Assembly (NCBI GenBank): GCA_963817385.1 | Contig: CAWFOM010000015.1 | Coordinates: 13,685 to 77,684 of the forward strand | Direction of reading: 5' to 3' | Length of the DNA stretch: 64,000 nucleotides | Source of the DNA: an uncultured delta proteobacterium | GTDB taxonomy: Bacteria; Desulfobacterota; Syntrophia; Syntrophales; UBA5619 | Shown here: piece after piece, positions 1 to 8,942 of the stretch | How the letters are laid out: each line of letters opens with the position of its first letter | Numbering within the stretch: position 1 is the stretch's first letter | Program-made: the position numbers and the translations under genes | The notes under the pieces: generated by a model | Told to the model about the DNA's origin: nothing | Seen by the model: the letters and a program-made list of their open reading frames with translations, nothing else | Databases searched by the model: none

Positions 1-78
1 GATTTGAATATTTCCGTTATCTTCCTATGCAAAGAGACCACAAACGCATTCCCGTAATTACCCGTCGATGCTCCGTCG

Positions 79-933
79 CTAGAGAGGTTTATTATCGATC
101 CGATTTGCACTCCAGTCGCTCGTTCTTCCGGCGACTTTGACGATGCCCTGCATGGTGTTGCCGTTCACTCGACCCGAGTAAAGTTTATTGTCAATGGTGA
201 AACTGATCTGATCACCATTGAGTATGCCGTTCGCAACTGGTTGAGCCCTTGCCCCTAATTGAAGCTCACCGAAAATCCGCTGGAATCGTTGCACCAACGT
301 AAGCTTCCCTTGAGGCAAATTCCAGATACCTTCCACCTTTGCCGGTACGATCCAGAGGTAGGCCTTGCAGTATATCTTGTTACACCCTTCTTCCGGTGTC
401 ACAACAACGGTCCGATCAGGGTTCCACTCCGCCATATCAAAAGAATTCGAAACGACGCGAGTACCCGGCTTAAGGTCAAGAATTTTAGGGCGAAGCTTCA
501 GGTTGATTTCAGGCAGAAGGAACATCGTAATAACAGTTGCCTGAGAGAAATCGCTTTCAAACAGATCCGCCTGAATAAATTGCGTCTTGTCAATGACGCC
601 TGCGTTGATCGCATTTTGCTTTGACAGGGTAACCAGATCGGGATTGTACTCGATTCCTAGTGCACGAGCGCCGTTCCTCGCCGCAGTGATGACGATACGG
701 CCGTCGCCTGATCCGAGATCGATAACATAATCCTGAGGCGTTACCCTTGCCAGATCCAGCATTTTATTGGTCAACGCCTGTTCTGTTGGCACCCATACCA
801 CATCCTTGCCTTCCTGGTAAAGCTGCGGTTCGTATTCATTCTTCCCTGGTTGCGCCTGTGCGAAAACACTGACAGCGATCAGCAACAAACAGGATATCAA
901 CATTAAAAAACGCACGATACGTGATCTGTTCAT
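79..933 (-). CDS. Class I SAM-dependent methyltransferase with N-terminal signal peptide (FAM173-like)
   Basis: Motif I VIDLGSGDGR, GIEYNPDLV, ADLFESDFSQATVITMFL. Hydrophobic N-terminus ending VFAQA. ATG at 933 with AGAGGAG upstream. Confidence 0.85.
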   Translation of the reverse strand: MNRSRIVRFLMLISCLLLIAVSVFAQAQPGKNEYEPQLYQEGKDVVWVPTEQALTNKMLDLARVTPQDYVIDLGSGDGRIVITAARNGARALGIEYNPDLVTLSKQNAINAGVIDKTQFIQADLFESDFSQATVITMFLLPEINLKLRPKILDLKPGTRVVSNSFDMAEWNPDRTVVVTPEEGCNKIYCKAYLWIVPAKVEGIWNLPQGKLTLVQRFQRIFGELQLGARAQPVANGILNGDQISFTIDNKLYSGRVNGNTMQGIVKVAGRTSDWSANRIDNKPL

Positions 934-975
934 ATTGAAGCGGCTCCTCTTGAGTTGGCCTGCCTTTTCAGACAC

Positions 976-1881
976 TCACCCTTGTTGCAATATTTCAACG
1001 ATTTTGTCGCGCATATCGCGGCTTTGGGTATCCGCCGGAATGACATCAATCTGAGTCGGAGAGCCGACGCCCAGGCCCAGCTCGACAGCGCGGGCAATCT
1101 GCTCCTGGTCGAAGATTTTCATCTTCATGATCCGATCGTTGCTGCCGAGGTATTTCAAAATGGCGACGCCGACGGCATCGATGGCCACACGATCCGTCGC
1201 CGCCCAGAAAACGTCGGCTCTGACCCGTTTTCCCGTGGCCGGTCCTTCGTCCACAAAGGCTTCAATCCCGTCCATGACCACCAGATGGGGATGAAAAGGC
1301 TGGTTGATCTCGGCGATCATCTTGCGTTGATGAGGTGAACTATGGAGCTCATGCATATAGTGATATCCATGGCGGTCGGTAGGAACAACGCCGACGTGGA
1401 GTTTTAGAGACAGGGTAAAGACGCCCCCATACTGATGCGTTTTCAGGCAGCCCGTGGACACCAGGCATTCGGTCTCCAGAATCGGACGGGCAACGCGAAA
1501 ACCGTTCGACCAGTGACTCCCCTTTGGCTTGAATTCAACCCAATCCCGATCCTTCAAATCATCGAAGTCGATCACCTGGACGTTGAGTTTCTCCAGGATC
1601 GGAAGAATCCCTTTCCGTTCCATGACTGTTCGCGTGAGGGGCCAGCTTCGTTCTCCCACGCTGATGGATTTTGCTCCCATCCTCCAAAGCTCCTCAACCA
1701 GCGCCACCAGAGTATCGGTGTGTGTGGAACCCGGCGCGGGGTCGGCCGTGTTGAAATTGGGCTTGATCAGAACATGCTTCCCTTTTGCCGGGTTAATACT
1801 CAGAGCTTTCAGGGAAGCTTTGACCCCGCCCTTGCGATCCGTCGTTTTCGCCAGGATCACCTTGCTAACGGAACCGGCCAT
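976..1881 (-). CDS. DUF362 domain-containing protein
   Basis: VLIKPNFN, LKTH...FTLSLK, VMDGI, DRVAIDAV motifs. ATG at 1881 with GGAGG. Confidence 0.85.
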   Translation of the reverse strand: MAGSVSKVILAKTTDRKGGVKASLKALSINPAKGKHVLIKPNFNTADPAPGSTHTDTLVALVEELWRMGAKSISVGERSWPLTRTVMERKGILPILEKLNVQVIDFDDLKDRDWVEFKPKGSHWSNGFRVARPILETECLVSTGCLKTHQYGGVFTLSLKLHVGVVPTDRHGYHYMHELHSSPHQRKMIAEINQPFHPHLVVMDGIEAFVDEGPATGKRVRADVFWAATDRVAIDAVGVAILKYLGSNDRIMKMKIFDQEQIARAVELGLGVGSPTQIDVIPADTQSRDMRDKIVEILQQG

Positions 1882-2180
1882 GGAAATACCTCCATTGCAA
1901 TCCATACGCTGCCGAACAGGTCGGGAGCAATTTAGTGGTATTGTAACACAGATTATGCACGGGGGGAGGCAATTTCTGCTGGCATAGGTGGCCAAGTATC
2001 TCCGGAGATCAAGGAGCGAAATATGGACATTCTCTTTCTCTCACAGCCGCCTTCTTATGAGAGCCCTTGCCGTTGAATAGCATATCGGGAATGGGCGGTC
2101 ATCCGATTGAAGGGCTTTATCTCTGATGTATCCTACCAGTCTGCTGAACTCCAATGGGGTTCTCCATTCCTCCATGATGA

Positions 2181-2657
2181 TCAGGAAGTGGTTTCACGCC
2201 ATTTTTGCCACTCCTCAAGAGCCATCGTGATTTCCTTGAAATTTTCATCCTCGATGAAGACGGTCTCTGAGGCCTCCTTACTAGAAGCCCCTATATAAAA
2301 GGCAATCTCTTCAGCTTCCTCGTTAGGGTCTATGTTCGCGTAAGCGTGAATCTCCCCACGTGGGATATATGCGAAAGTGTGGACTTCGATCGGGATCTCA
2401 TCGGCCCATTCCCCCAGGATCATTTTGAACCTTCCTTTGATGAAACATATGACCGCATCGCAGCCCTTGTGGTAGTGGCGTTGCATCCGCTTCCCTGGAG
2501 GAACTACTGTGTACTGGCCACAAATCTTGCCACGAGCCTCAGGGCAGTTCGCCTCCGTTATTGCCCAAACAATGGTCATGGGAGGTTCAAAGTGAGGATC
2601 CGGTGGCAGGTCATGGGGATTTATAAGAATGATTCTATGTTTCATGTGCATCCTCAT
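2181..2657 (-). CDS. Cupin domain protein
   Basis: PPG..MQRHYH...D and YIPRGEIH cupin motifs. Confidence 0.8.
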   Translation of the reverse strand: MRMHMKHRIILINPHDLPPDPHFEPPMTIVWAITEANCPEARGKICGQYTVVPPGKRMQRHYHKGCDAVICFIKGRFKMILGEWADEIPIEVHTFAYIPRGEIHAYANIDPNEEAEEIAFYIGASSKEASETVFIEDENFKEITMALEEWQKWRETTS

Positions 2658-2706
2658 TTTTGCGTTAGCCCGGTATGGGCAGCAGCGCGGGGGTATAAGT
2701 CCCCTG

Positions 2707-3019
2707 CAGGTCCTGATGGGCTAAAGGAACTTGATCCAGGCGTTGAAACGAGTCCGCGCAAACAGAAGCAGCCCAAACATAGACGGCGGCATGGCCGTTG
2801 ACGACCTTACGGACTATCTGCGGGAACACTGGAAGCCGATTTAGGAAAGGTTGTTGACAGGAGATTACTGCCCTAAGCCGGTCAAGGAGATTTTGATTCT
2901 CAAGTCCCGCAGCGGGACCAGACGGCTTGGCACACCCACGGCACCGGATCGATTTTTCCAGGCGATGCTTGCAGGTTCTCAATCCCATATTTGGCCCAGC
3001 CTTTTCGATCCATAGTTAC
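2707..3019 (+). pseudogene. Decayed N-terminal fragment of a group II intron reverse transcriptase/maturase (RT0-RT2)
   Basis: Manual translation: QVLMG*RNLIQALKRVRANRSSPNIDGGMAVDDLTDYLREHWKPI*ERLLTGDYCPKPVKEILILKSRSGTRRLGTPTAPDRFFQAML, frameshift near 2970, then QVLNPIFGPAFSIHSY. Stops at 2722 and 2842. Confidence 0.9.
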
Positions 3020-3023
3020 TTCA

Positions 3024-4301
3024 TTATCCCATCAGCAATCGGGGCAAATAGGTTACCAAGGACGGGATATAGGTAATGGTGAAGAGGGCGGCGAGCAGGG
3101 CCAAAAGGAACACCGGCAGTTCCCGCGTGAACTCGATCACTTTGATGCCGGCGAGTCTGCACACGAGAAACATACCCATGCCGAACGGGGGGCTTACCAA
3201 CCCGATACAAAGGTTCAGCACGACGATTACCCCGAAGTGGACCAAGTCGATGCCCATACTCTTTATGAGGGGCATGAGCACGGGAACCAGGATAATCATG
3301 ATGGCATAGGTTTCCATCAAGCACCCCAGGACGAGCAAGATGATGTTGATAATCGTCAGGATCACCCAAGGGGTTTTGCTGACGGTCATAAACATGTCGA
3401 CCAGTTTGAGGCCCGCCTGTTCGCGGGAGAGAAGCCATCCGAGCACCGATGCTGCTGCCACGATGAAGAGCAGAGACGCCGTCGTCATCGCTGTTTCGAG
3501 AAATATCCGGGGAATATCTCGTGGCTTGATCTCCCTGTAGACGAATACCCCAAGGATGAAGGCATAAACCGTCGCGATGACCGCTGCCTCAGTGGGGGTA
3601 AATATACCGCCGAGGATACCGCCCATGATAATGACCGGAAGAAGTAACGCGAGGAGGGCCTCCTTGAAGGTTCGGAGCACCTCTTTGAAAGAGAAGTTGG
3701 AGTAAGCAGCGTAACCTCTTCTCTTCGACACAACATAGGCTACCCCCATCAGGTAGATGCCCATAATCGTTCCTGGAATCGCTCCCCCCAGAAAAAGCCG
3801 ACCGATTGAAATCCCGGTCATGGCTCCTAATACCACGAAAGGGATGCTCGGTGGAATGATGGGTCCGATCGTACTGGCACAGCAGGTGATGACCGCTGAA
3901 AACGGAGCAGGGTATCCCCCCTGCCGCATCGCAGGGATGAGAATGCTCCCAGTCCCCGCCGCATCTGCCAAGGCAGAGCCCGACATCCCGGCCATGATCA
4001 TGTTGGTAACCACTGTAACATGGGCCAAGCCGCCCGGCATCTTTCCAACGAGGGCCGCAGCGAAGTTGACCAGCCTCCGGGTGACTCCGCCGGTGTTCAT
4101 CAGGGACCCGGCCAGGAGAAAGAACGGGATCGCCATCATCGGGAAGGAATCGGCCCCGGCGATCATGCGATGGGGAACGACCGAAAGGGGAACATTCCCA
4201 ATCATAAGGAGTCCAATGATCGAAACAGCCATGATGGCAAAGGCCACCGGCATCCCGGCCCCGAACAGGATTAGCATGAGGACAACCACAAGCGAGATCA
4301 T
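3024..4301 (-). CDS. dctM: TRAP transporter large permease
   Basis: AIPFFLLAGSLM, GMSGSALADAA, GPIIPPSIP, GIFTPTEAA motifs; many TM helices. Start placed at MISLVV. Confidence 0.95.
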   Translation of the reverse strand: MISLVVVLMLILFGAGMPVAFAIMAVSIIGLLMIGNVPLSVVPHRMIAGADSFPMMAIPFFLLAGSLMNTGGVTRRLVNFAAALVGKMPGGLAHVTVVTNMIMAGMSGSALADAAGTGSILIPAMRQGGYPAPFSAVITCCASTIGPIIPPSIPFVVLGAMTGISIGRLFLGGAIPGTIMGIYLMGVAYVVSKRRGYAAYSNFSFKEVLRTFKEALLALLLPVIIMGGILGGIFTPTEAAVIATVYAFILGVFVYREIKPRDIPRIFLETAMTTASLLFIVAAASVLGWLLSREQAGLKLVDMFMTVSKTPWVILTIINIILLVLGCLMETYAIMIILVPVLMPLIKSMGIDLVHFGVIVVLNLCIGLVSPPFGMGMFLVCRLAGIKVIEFTRELPVFLLALLAALFTITYIPSLVTYLPRLLMG

Positions 4302-4774
4302 TTCGCCTCCGAGTACTCTTTGAGAAAGTCCACCACCCAACACAGCTCATAAAACAGCATCAGGATCGCACTGACGGGGATAGAAAGATAAACGACGGCA
4401 AGGGGAATATCCATCGTCGACGCCCGGGTGAGCAAGCCGCTCCGGCTGAGCTCAAGCCCCCAGTAGAAGAGACCTATCAGCAACGCGGAGATGATCATCT
4501 GAACCAGGACGTTCAGGATCCGGGTCACACTAGTCGGAAGAAACATGACCAGTGTGTCGATGACCAGATGATTCTTTCTCCTAAAGACAGCAACTGCTCC
4601 CAGAAATGTGAGCCAGATGAAGTTGAACCGTGAGAATTCCTCTGTCCATGGCGGAGAGTCTTTGACAACGTAGCGGAAGAAGACCTGGGCAAAGACTATC
4701 ACCACCATGGACAGGATGAGCAGGATGGTCGCCCCATCCACTACTCGGTCAATAGTGCGTCTCAAGAGATTCAT
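4298..4774 (-). CDS. dctQ: TRAP transporter small permease
   Basis: QVFFRYV...PWTEEFSRFNFIWLTFLGA...HLVID; 4 TM; overlaps dctM start by 4 nt. Confidence 0.92.
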   Translation of the reverse strand: MNLLRRTIDRVVDGATILLILSMVVIVFAQVFFRYVVKDSPPWTEEFSRFNFIWLTFLGAVAVFRRKNHLVIDTLVMFLPTSVTRILNVLVQMIISALLIGLFYWGLELSRSGLLTRASTMDIPLAVVYLSIPVSAILMLFYELCWVVDFLKEYSEAK

Positions 4775-4782
4775 GATTGGAC

Positions 4783-5766
4783 TCACTTTGTGTCCACAAT
4801 CTTTTCGAAAAGCCCGGCCTTCCAAACGTCTTTAAACTTCTCGGGCACGGCTTTTACCTTTTCGGTGAATTTTTCGAGCTCCGGCTTGATAAAGATCATG
4901 CCCTTTTCCTGAAGTTTCTTCTCGAGATCCTGATCCCCGGCCAGAAGGAGTTTGTCATTGTAGGCCGCAGCCTCGACTGCTGTGTCGGCAAAGATCTTCT
5001 GCTGTTCAGGACTGAAGGTCTTCCAGAATTTTTCGCTTACACCGAACCAGATCAAGGCCCTAACATGGCGGGTCAGAATCATATACTTCTGCACCTCGTA
5101 AAGCGAGTTGGCATAGATCATCTCGTAAGGATTCTCCTGCCCATCGATCGTCCCCTGCTGTAGGGCCGTAAAGACCTCGCCGAAGGCCATCGGGACGGGG
5201 TTGGCGCCTAAGATCTTCCAGGCCACGATGTGGACCGGGTTCTGGATCGTCCGGATCTTCAACCCTTTCAAATCGTCCGGGACTCTTACGATCTTGTTCT
5301 TGGTCGTCAGGTTCCGGGGACCCCGATCCATGGCGGCAAGGATGCGGATGCCCTTTCGCTGTAGAATCGCCTGTTTCATCTCCTGTCCGATGGGGCCGGC
5401 CCACACTTTCCGCAAATGGTCCTGGTCTCTCCAGAGATAGGGAAGGTCCAGGATCCCATACTCCGGACAAACGGCACCGATGAGCTGGGCGCCCATCAGG
5501 GCCGATTCGAGGGTCCCGAGATTCATCGCATCATACTGCTCCACCTCCTGGCCAAGCTCCCCGGCAGAGAAGATCTTCACCTTCACCGAGCCCTTGGTAC
5601 GCTGTTCCATCTGCGCCGCAAACCACTTCACCGCCTGATCCGGGTAGGTATTCACTCCCATCGTGTGATTGAGGTTGATAACCTTCTGTTGTGCCATACC
5701 CGGCGCGACCAGATACAGCATTACTGAAATCAACATTACCAATGCAACACATAACTTCCTGGCCAT
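4783..5766 (-). CDS. dctP: TRAP transporter substrate-binding protein
   Basis: Signal peptide; DLKGLKIR, GANPVPMAFGEVFTALQQGTIDGQENP. Confidence 0.95.
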   Translation of the reverse strand: MARKLCVALVMLISVMLYLVAPGMAQQKVINLNHTMGVNTYPDQAVKWFAAQMEQRTKGSVKVKIFSAGELGQEVEQYDAMNLGTLESALMGAQLIGAVCPEYGILDLPYLWRDQDHLRKVWAGPIGQEMKQAILQRKGIRILAAMDRGPRNLTTKNKIVRVPDDLKGLKIRTIQNPVHIVAWKILGANPVPMAFGEVFTALQQGTIDGQENPYEMIYANSLYEVQKYMILTRHVRALIWFGVSEKFWKTFSPEQQKIFADTAVEAAAYNDKLLLAGDQDLEKKLQEKGMIFIKPELEKFTEKVKAVPEKFKDVWKAGLFEKIVDTK

Positions 5767-5911
5767 GTTTTCCTCCTTTTATTTTATTAACCCAATACAA
5801 ATATCGATAAACAATTAACCCTGCAACCGCAGGACCATATCGCTACGAACTCCTCACAGGAACATGACGGTCCCAGCATCGACTCTTATTGTCGATTTCC
5901 GTCTATGGGAT

Positions 5912-7294
5912 TTAGACAAACTTCCAGGCGGACACGAGGGGTGCCTTAATCCGTGTCTGCATATCTCGGGTCGTTTCATCCAGCCCATCGAGGATCTCTC
6001 CCTCGTCGATGGTTAAGACTTTTCGTTTCTCCATTACGATCTTACCATCTATGATCACCGTGTCCACGCTCTCGCCGCTCGCTGAGTAGACGAGGTTATA
6101 GATCTCGTTGTGCAGGGGACGCCACTCTGGTCGTCTGGTATCCAGAAGGAGAATGTCAGCCTTTTTACCGATCTCCAGGGACCCGATCTCATCCTCCAAC
6201 CCCATGGTCTTGGCTCCATTGATCGTTGCCATTTCGATAGCCTTCTCAGCCCCCATAATCTCTGGATCGTACCGGAGATCTTTGTGTAATACTGCGGCAA
6301 GATACATGATTCGCACCATATCATGATAATTGGAACAGTCGGACGCATCACTGCCGATCGCTACGGGGATTCCAGCGTCCAGCATTTCCGGAAAGCGATC
6401 GAACGACAAGCCGTAATTGAGTTTGAGAGCAGTCGAGGGGCAATGAACGACCTTGGCCCCACGCTTTGCCAGGATCTCGACCTCCTTCTGGCTGACGTGG
6501 ATCATGTGGACCAGCACGACGTTTTTGTCCAGCACGCCCAGCTTCTCAAGATGCTCTACAGGCCGATAACCTGTTCTTTCCTTAGTCTCTTGCACCGTTT
6601 CAAGGTAGTTGGCGAGATGCATCTTCAAGGGGACGCCATAGTGATCAGCCATCTTCTTGGACTCGATAACCAGCCGATCCGTGAATCGGCCCATTCCGAC
6701 AATGGTGACAATCGGGCGAATGCGAAGTTTCTGGCCTCCAAACTCATCAAGAAGCCTTTTGTGGATCTTTAGGATTTCATCCGTATCCTCTTGAAGTGCT
6801 GCATGGCCCAGGCTCACCAAGTCAAAGGATCTGCGGCCCATCATCCCCTTCACGCCGATCTCCTGAATGTTGCTTTTGATGGTATCAAACGGATGATAAG
6901 AACCCGCTTCCAGGAAAGAGGTGCTTCCTCCTTTGAGTATTTCCAGAAGGACACCCCTTGCCGCCCAGATTTCATTGTGTGCCTGGATGTAAGGGGAAAC
7001 TTTCGAGTGGATGTAGTTGGACCATGGCGAGCCTCCGAGATTGTCAGGAATCAGGCCTTTGCTGAGGTGATGGGAGTAGTGAATATGGGCGTTCACCATG
7101 CCGGGCATGATCACCTTGTCCGTGCAATCCACCGTTTTCTTTGCCTGATACTGCTCGGCCACCTCGGTCGCTTTCCCCACGAAGGCGATGTTTTCGCCTT
7201 TCACTGCAATCCCCGCATCCCGGATGACCCTTCGCTCCAAATCGACGGTAATCGCCGTTCCCCCTTTGAGTACCATGTCAACTTCCTGCTTCAT
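5912..7294 (-). CDS. Metal-dependent amidohydrolase (MTA/SAH deaminase / AtzA-TrzA-like family)
   Basis: PGMVNAHIH (HxH), H in LKMHLAN, LVHMIH, VHCPST, IGSD, GSLEIGKKAD. Confidence 0.9.
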   Translation of the reverse strand: MKQEVDMVLKGGTAITVDLERRVIRDAGIAVKGENIAFVGKATEVAEQYQAKKTVDCTDKVIMPGMVNAHIHYSHHLSKGLIPDNLGGSPWSNYIHSKVSPYIQAHNEIWAARGVLLEILKGGSTSFLEAGSYHPFDTIKSNIQEIGVKGMMGRRSFDLVSLGHAALQEDTDEILKIHKRLLDEFGGQKLRIRPIVTIVGMGRFTDRLVIESKKMADHYGVPLKMHLANYLETVQETKERTGYRPVEHLEKLGVLDKNVVLVHMIHVSQKEVEILAKRGAKVVHCPSTALKLNYGLSFDRFPEMLDAGIPVAIGSDASDCSNYHDMVRIMYLAAVLHKDLRYDPEIMGAEKAIEMATINGAKTMGLEDEIGSLEIGKKADILLLDTRRPEWRPLHNEIYNLVYSASGESVDTVIIDGKIVMEKRKVLTIDEGEILDGLDETTRDMQTRIKAPLVSAWKFV

Positions 7295-7411
7295 CCTATT
7301 TGCCCCTTTCCACAGTTTGATTTTGAGTCAAGCAGCCCGGTTTATCCGATTGTACAGGTTGAGATTTGTTTTCTCCGTTTGCCACTTGGTTTCCCGTCGG
7401 TGGCACACACA

Positions 7412-7480
7412 TTATTTCAACCATGTATTCACTATCCTCATCACCATCTCGCAAAACCATGAAAAAGTAATGAACTTCAT
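7412..7480 (-). CDS. Candidate 22-aa small ORF / leader peptide MKFITFSWFCEMVMRIVNTWLK
   Basis: AAAGGAGG Shine-Dalgarno 8 nt before ATG; followed by a TGCCAC...GTGGCA stem; lies upstream of the amidohydrolase. Confidence 0.4.
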   Translation of the reverse strand: MKFITFSWFCEMVMRIVNTWLK

Positions 7481-7756
7481 AAGCTCCGCCTCCTTTATAA
7501 CCGTTAATTTCGATTGGCAAGAATGTATCACCTTTTATCTTCTTAACATTATTATTGTAATGATCGAGAAAGCTATATAAAGCAATAACAGTAGAGTAAG
7601 CGACTTATAGTAGCCTAAATCTATGGTGCAACCGCCATAATTCGAACAGATCTATCCTGTGCGCTACGGTTTTGTTATGAATGAATATATGTATTCAAAG
7701 AGTTGTCGGCGTGCCAATAGCGTTGAGCGTTATTGATTTCTAATTGAAATGTTCAT

Positions 7757-7786
7757 AAAAAAGGCGGAGCCGTCTGACCCCGCCTT
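7757..7786 (-). terminator. Intrinsic terminator after first PEP-CTERM gene
   Basis: Minus strand AAGGCGGGGTCAGACGGCTCCGCC followed by a T run. Confidence 0.75.
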
Positions 7787-7835
7787 CCCCTCCCATGGTA
7801 AGAACCATGGTTTTAGAAACCCGATGAAACCGGGT

Positions 7836-8753
7836 TTATTTCTGGAATTTCCTCCTAACTCCTGCCAACCCTATCAGGCCAAGGCCAAGAAGCAGCATAG
7901 TAGTGGGTTCGGGGACAGATTCGGGAACGGATTCACCAGTTAATGAAAAAGCTGCGTTGAAGGTCGGAGATGGAGTACCGCCGACTATGTCGGTGCCCAC
8001 GCGCAGCCAGTCGGGCTCCAGGAATTCGTCGCGGGTCCAACTTTGCAAATCTGTCAAGCCCGGGGAGAAGGGAGTGCCGGGCGGCACGATTGGCTTGGGC
8101 GCAGAGAGCCAGAGAAAATCGCCACCCTCTACACCCACCTGGGGGACAAAGAAATAGTGATCAGCAGGAAGGAGGAAGGGATTAGTTAGGGTCACGGTGA
8201 ACAGTACTTCGGTTCCGGTGACGGGACCGTTCCCTCCAGTTGTTTGATTCGGTTTTGGGTGAATGCCTCCCGGTAACACGCTGTTGTTCGCAGTGAATAC
8301 GGCGGAGATGGTCTCGGTCGAGAACGTCAGATCACCGGTCACTGAACTGTCCCGAAAAGCGAATTCAACGTCTGAAGGTGAATTGACCCGTGTTGGGACC
8401 TCACTTGTTGAGAACGTAGGCGGCCCTGAGGTGCGGCCTACATCGGAATCTTCCGGAAAGACACGATAGATTTCGACTATGACTTGGTTGAGAGACGGTG
8501 TTGTCCCGGTTAACAAACCCGTAAAGGTGATCTGACTAATCGATGTTTGCTGCGTCAGAGCAAAGTCATCTGCCGATTCGATCGCATATATCCCTGTGCC
8601 GGGTCGAGACGCCGTCGCAATTTTGCCATCTGGATCGCCGGTGCTGAAGAAGAAGGGCGAAGCAAACGCATTATTAATGCCAATCAAGCCACTAATCATA
8701 AATATCGCTACCAATACCAACAAACCAAAGGTTCTTTGTCTAATGTTTTTCAT
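7836..8753 (-). CDS. PEP-CTERM sorting-domain protein
   Basis: Signal peptide; C-terminus VPEPTTMLLLGLGLIGLAGVRRKFQK. Confidence 0.95.
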   Translation of the reverse strand: MKNIRQRTFGLLVLVAIFMISGLIGINNAFASPFFFSTGDPDGKIATASRPGTGIYAIESADDFALTQQTSISQITFTGLLTGTTPSLNQVIVEIYRVFPEDSDVGRTSGPPTFSTSEVPTRVNSPSDVEFAFRDSSVTGDLTFSTETISAVFTANNSVLPGGIHPKPNQTTGGNGPVTGTEVLFTVTLTNPFLLPADHYFFVPQVGVEGGDFLWLSAPKPIVPPGTPFSPGLTDLQSWTRDEFLEPDWLRVGTDIVGGTPSPTFNAAFSLTGESVPESVPEPTTMLLLGLGLIGLAGVRRKFQK

Positions 8754-8844
8754 GGTCAGTTCCTCCTTCGAACGCCATTAGAAAATAGATTCTCTGTCAC
8801 AAAGCAGGAAGGTTGGAATTTAATCAAATAATTAACCTTGATAT

Positions 8845-8860
8845 TGCGATGTTCACGCCA
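8845..8860 (-). promoter_or_regulatory. Sigma-54 (-24/-12) promoter candidate
   Basis: TGGCGTGAACATCGCA with canonical GG-N10-GC spacing, about 90 nt upstream of the PEP-CTERM ATG. Confidence 0.55.
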
Positions 8861-8894
8861 AGTGTAGTCAACTTATAGGTCGTGCCGCACAGGG

Positions 8895-8933
8895 AAAAGA
8901 ACCAAGCCAAGGCCATGCTCTTGATTTGGTTCT
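8895..8933 (-). terminator. Intrinsic terminator after TIGR03118-like gene
   Basis: AGAACCAAATCAAG...CTTGGCTTGGTTCT stem followed by a short T run. Confidence 0.65.
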
Positions 8934-8942
8934 ATACCCGGC

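Noticed and set aside
2665..2988. 107-aa minus-strand ORF between dctM and the cupin
   Set aside because: It is the antisense of the RT pseudogene fragment; no independent support.
2707..3019. Active retron, DGR or RT-based defence system
   Set aside because: The fragment has stops and a frameshift, lacks the YADD region, and has no ncRNA, TR/VR or effector nearby.
7296..7520. 74-aa minus-strand ORF upstream of the amidohydrolase
   Set aside because: TTG start without an RBS; the strong SD in this region points to the 22-aa ORF in another frame.
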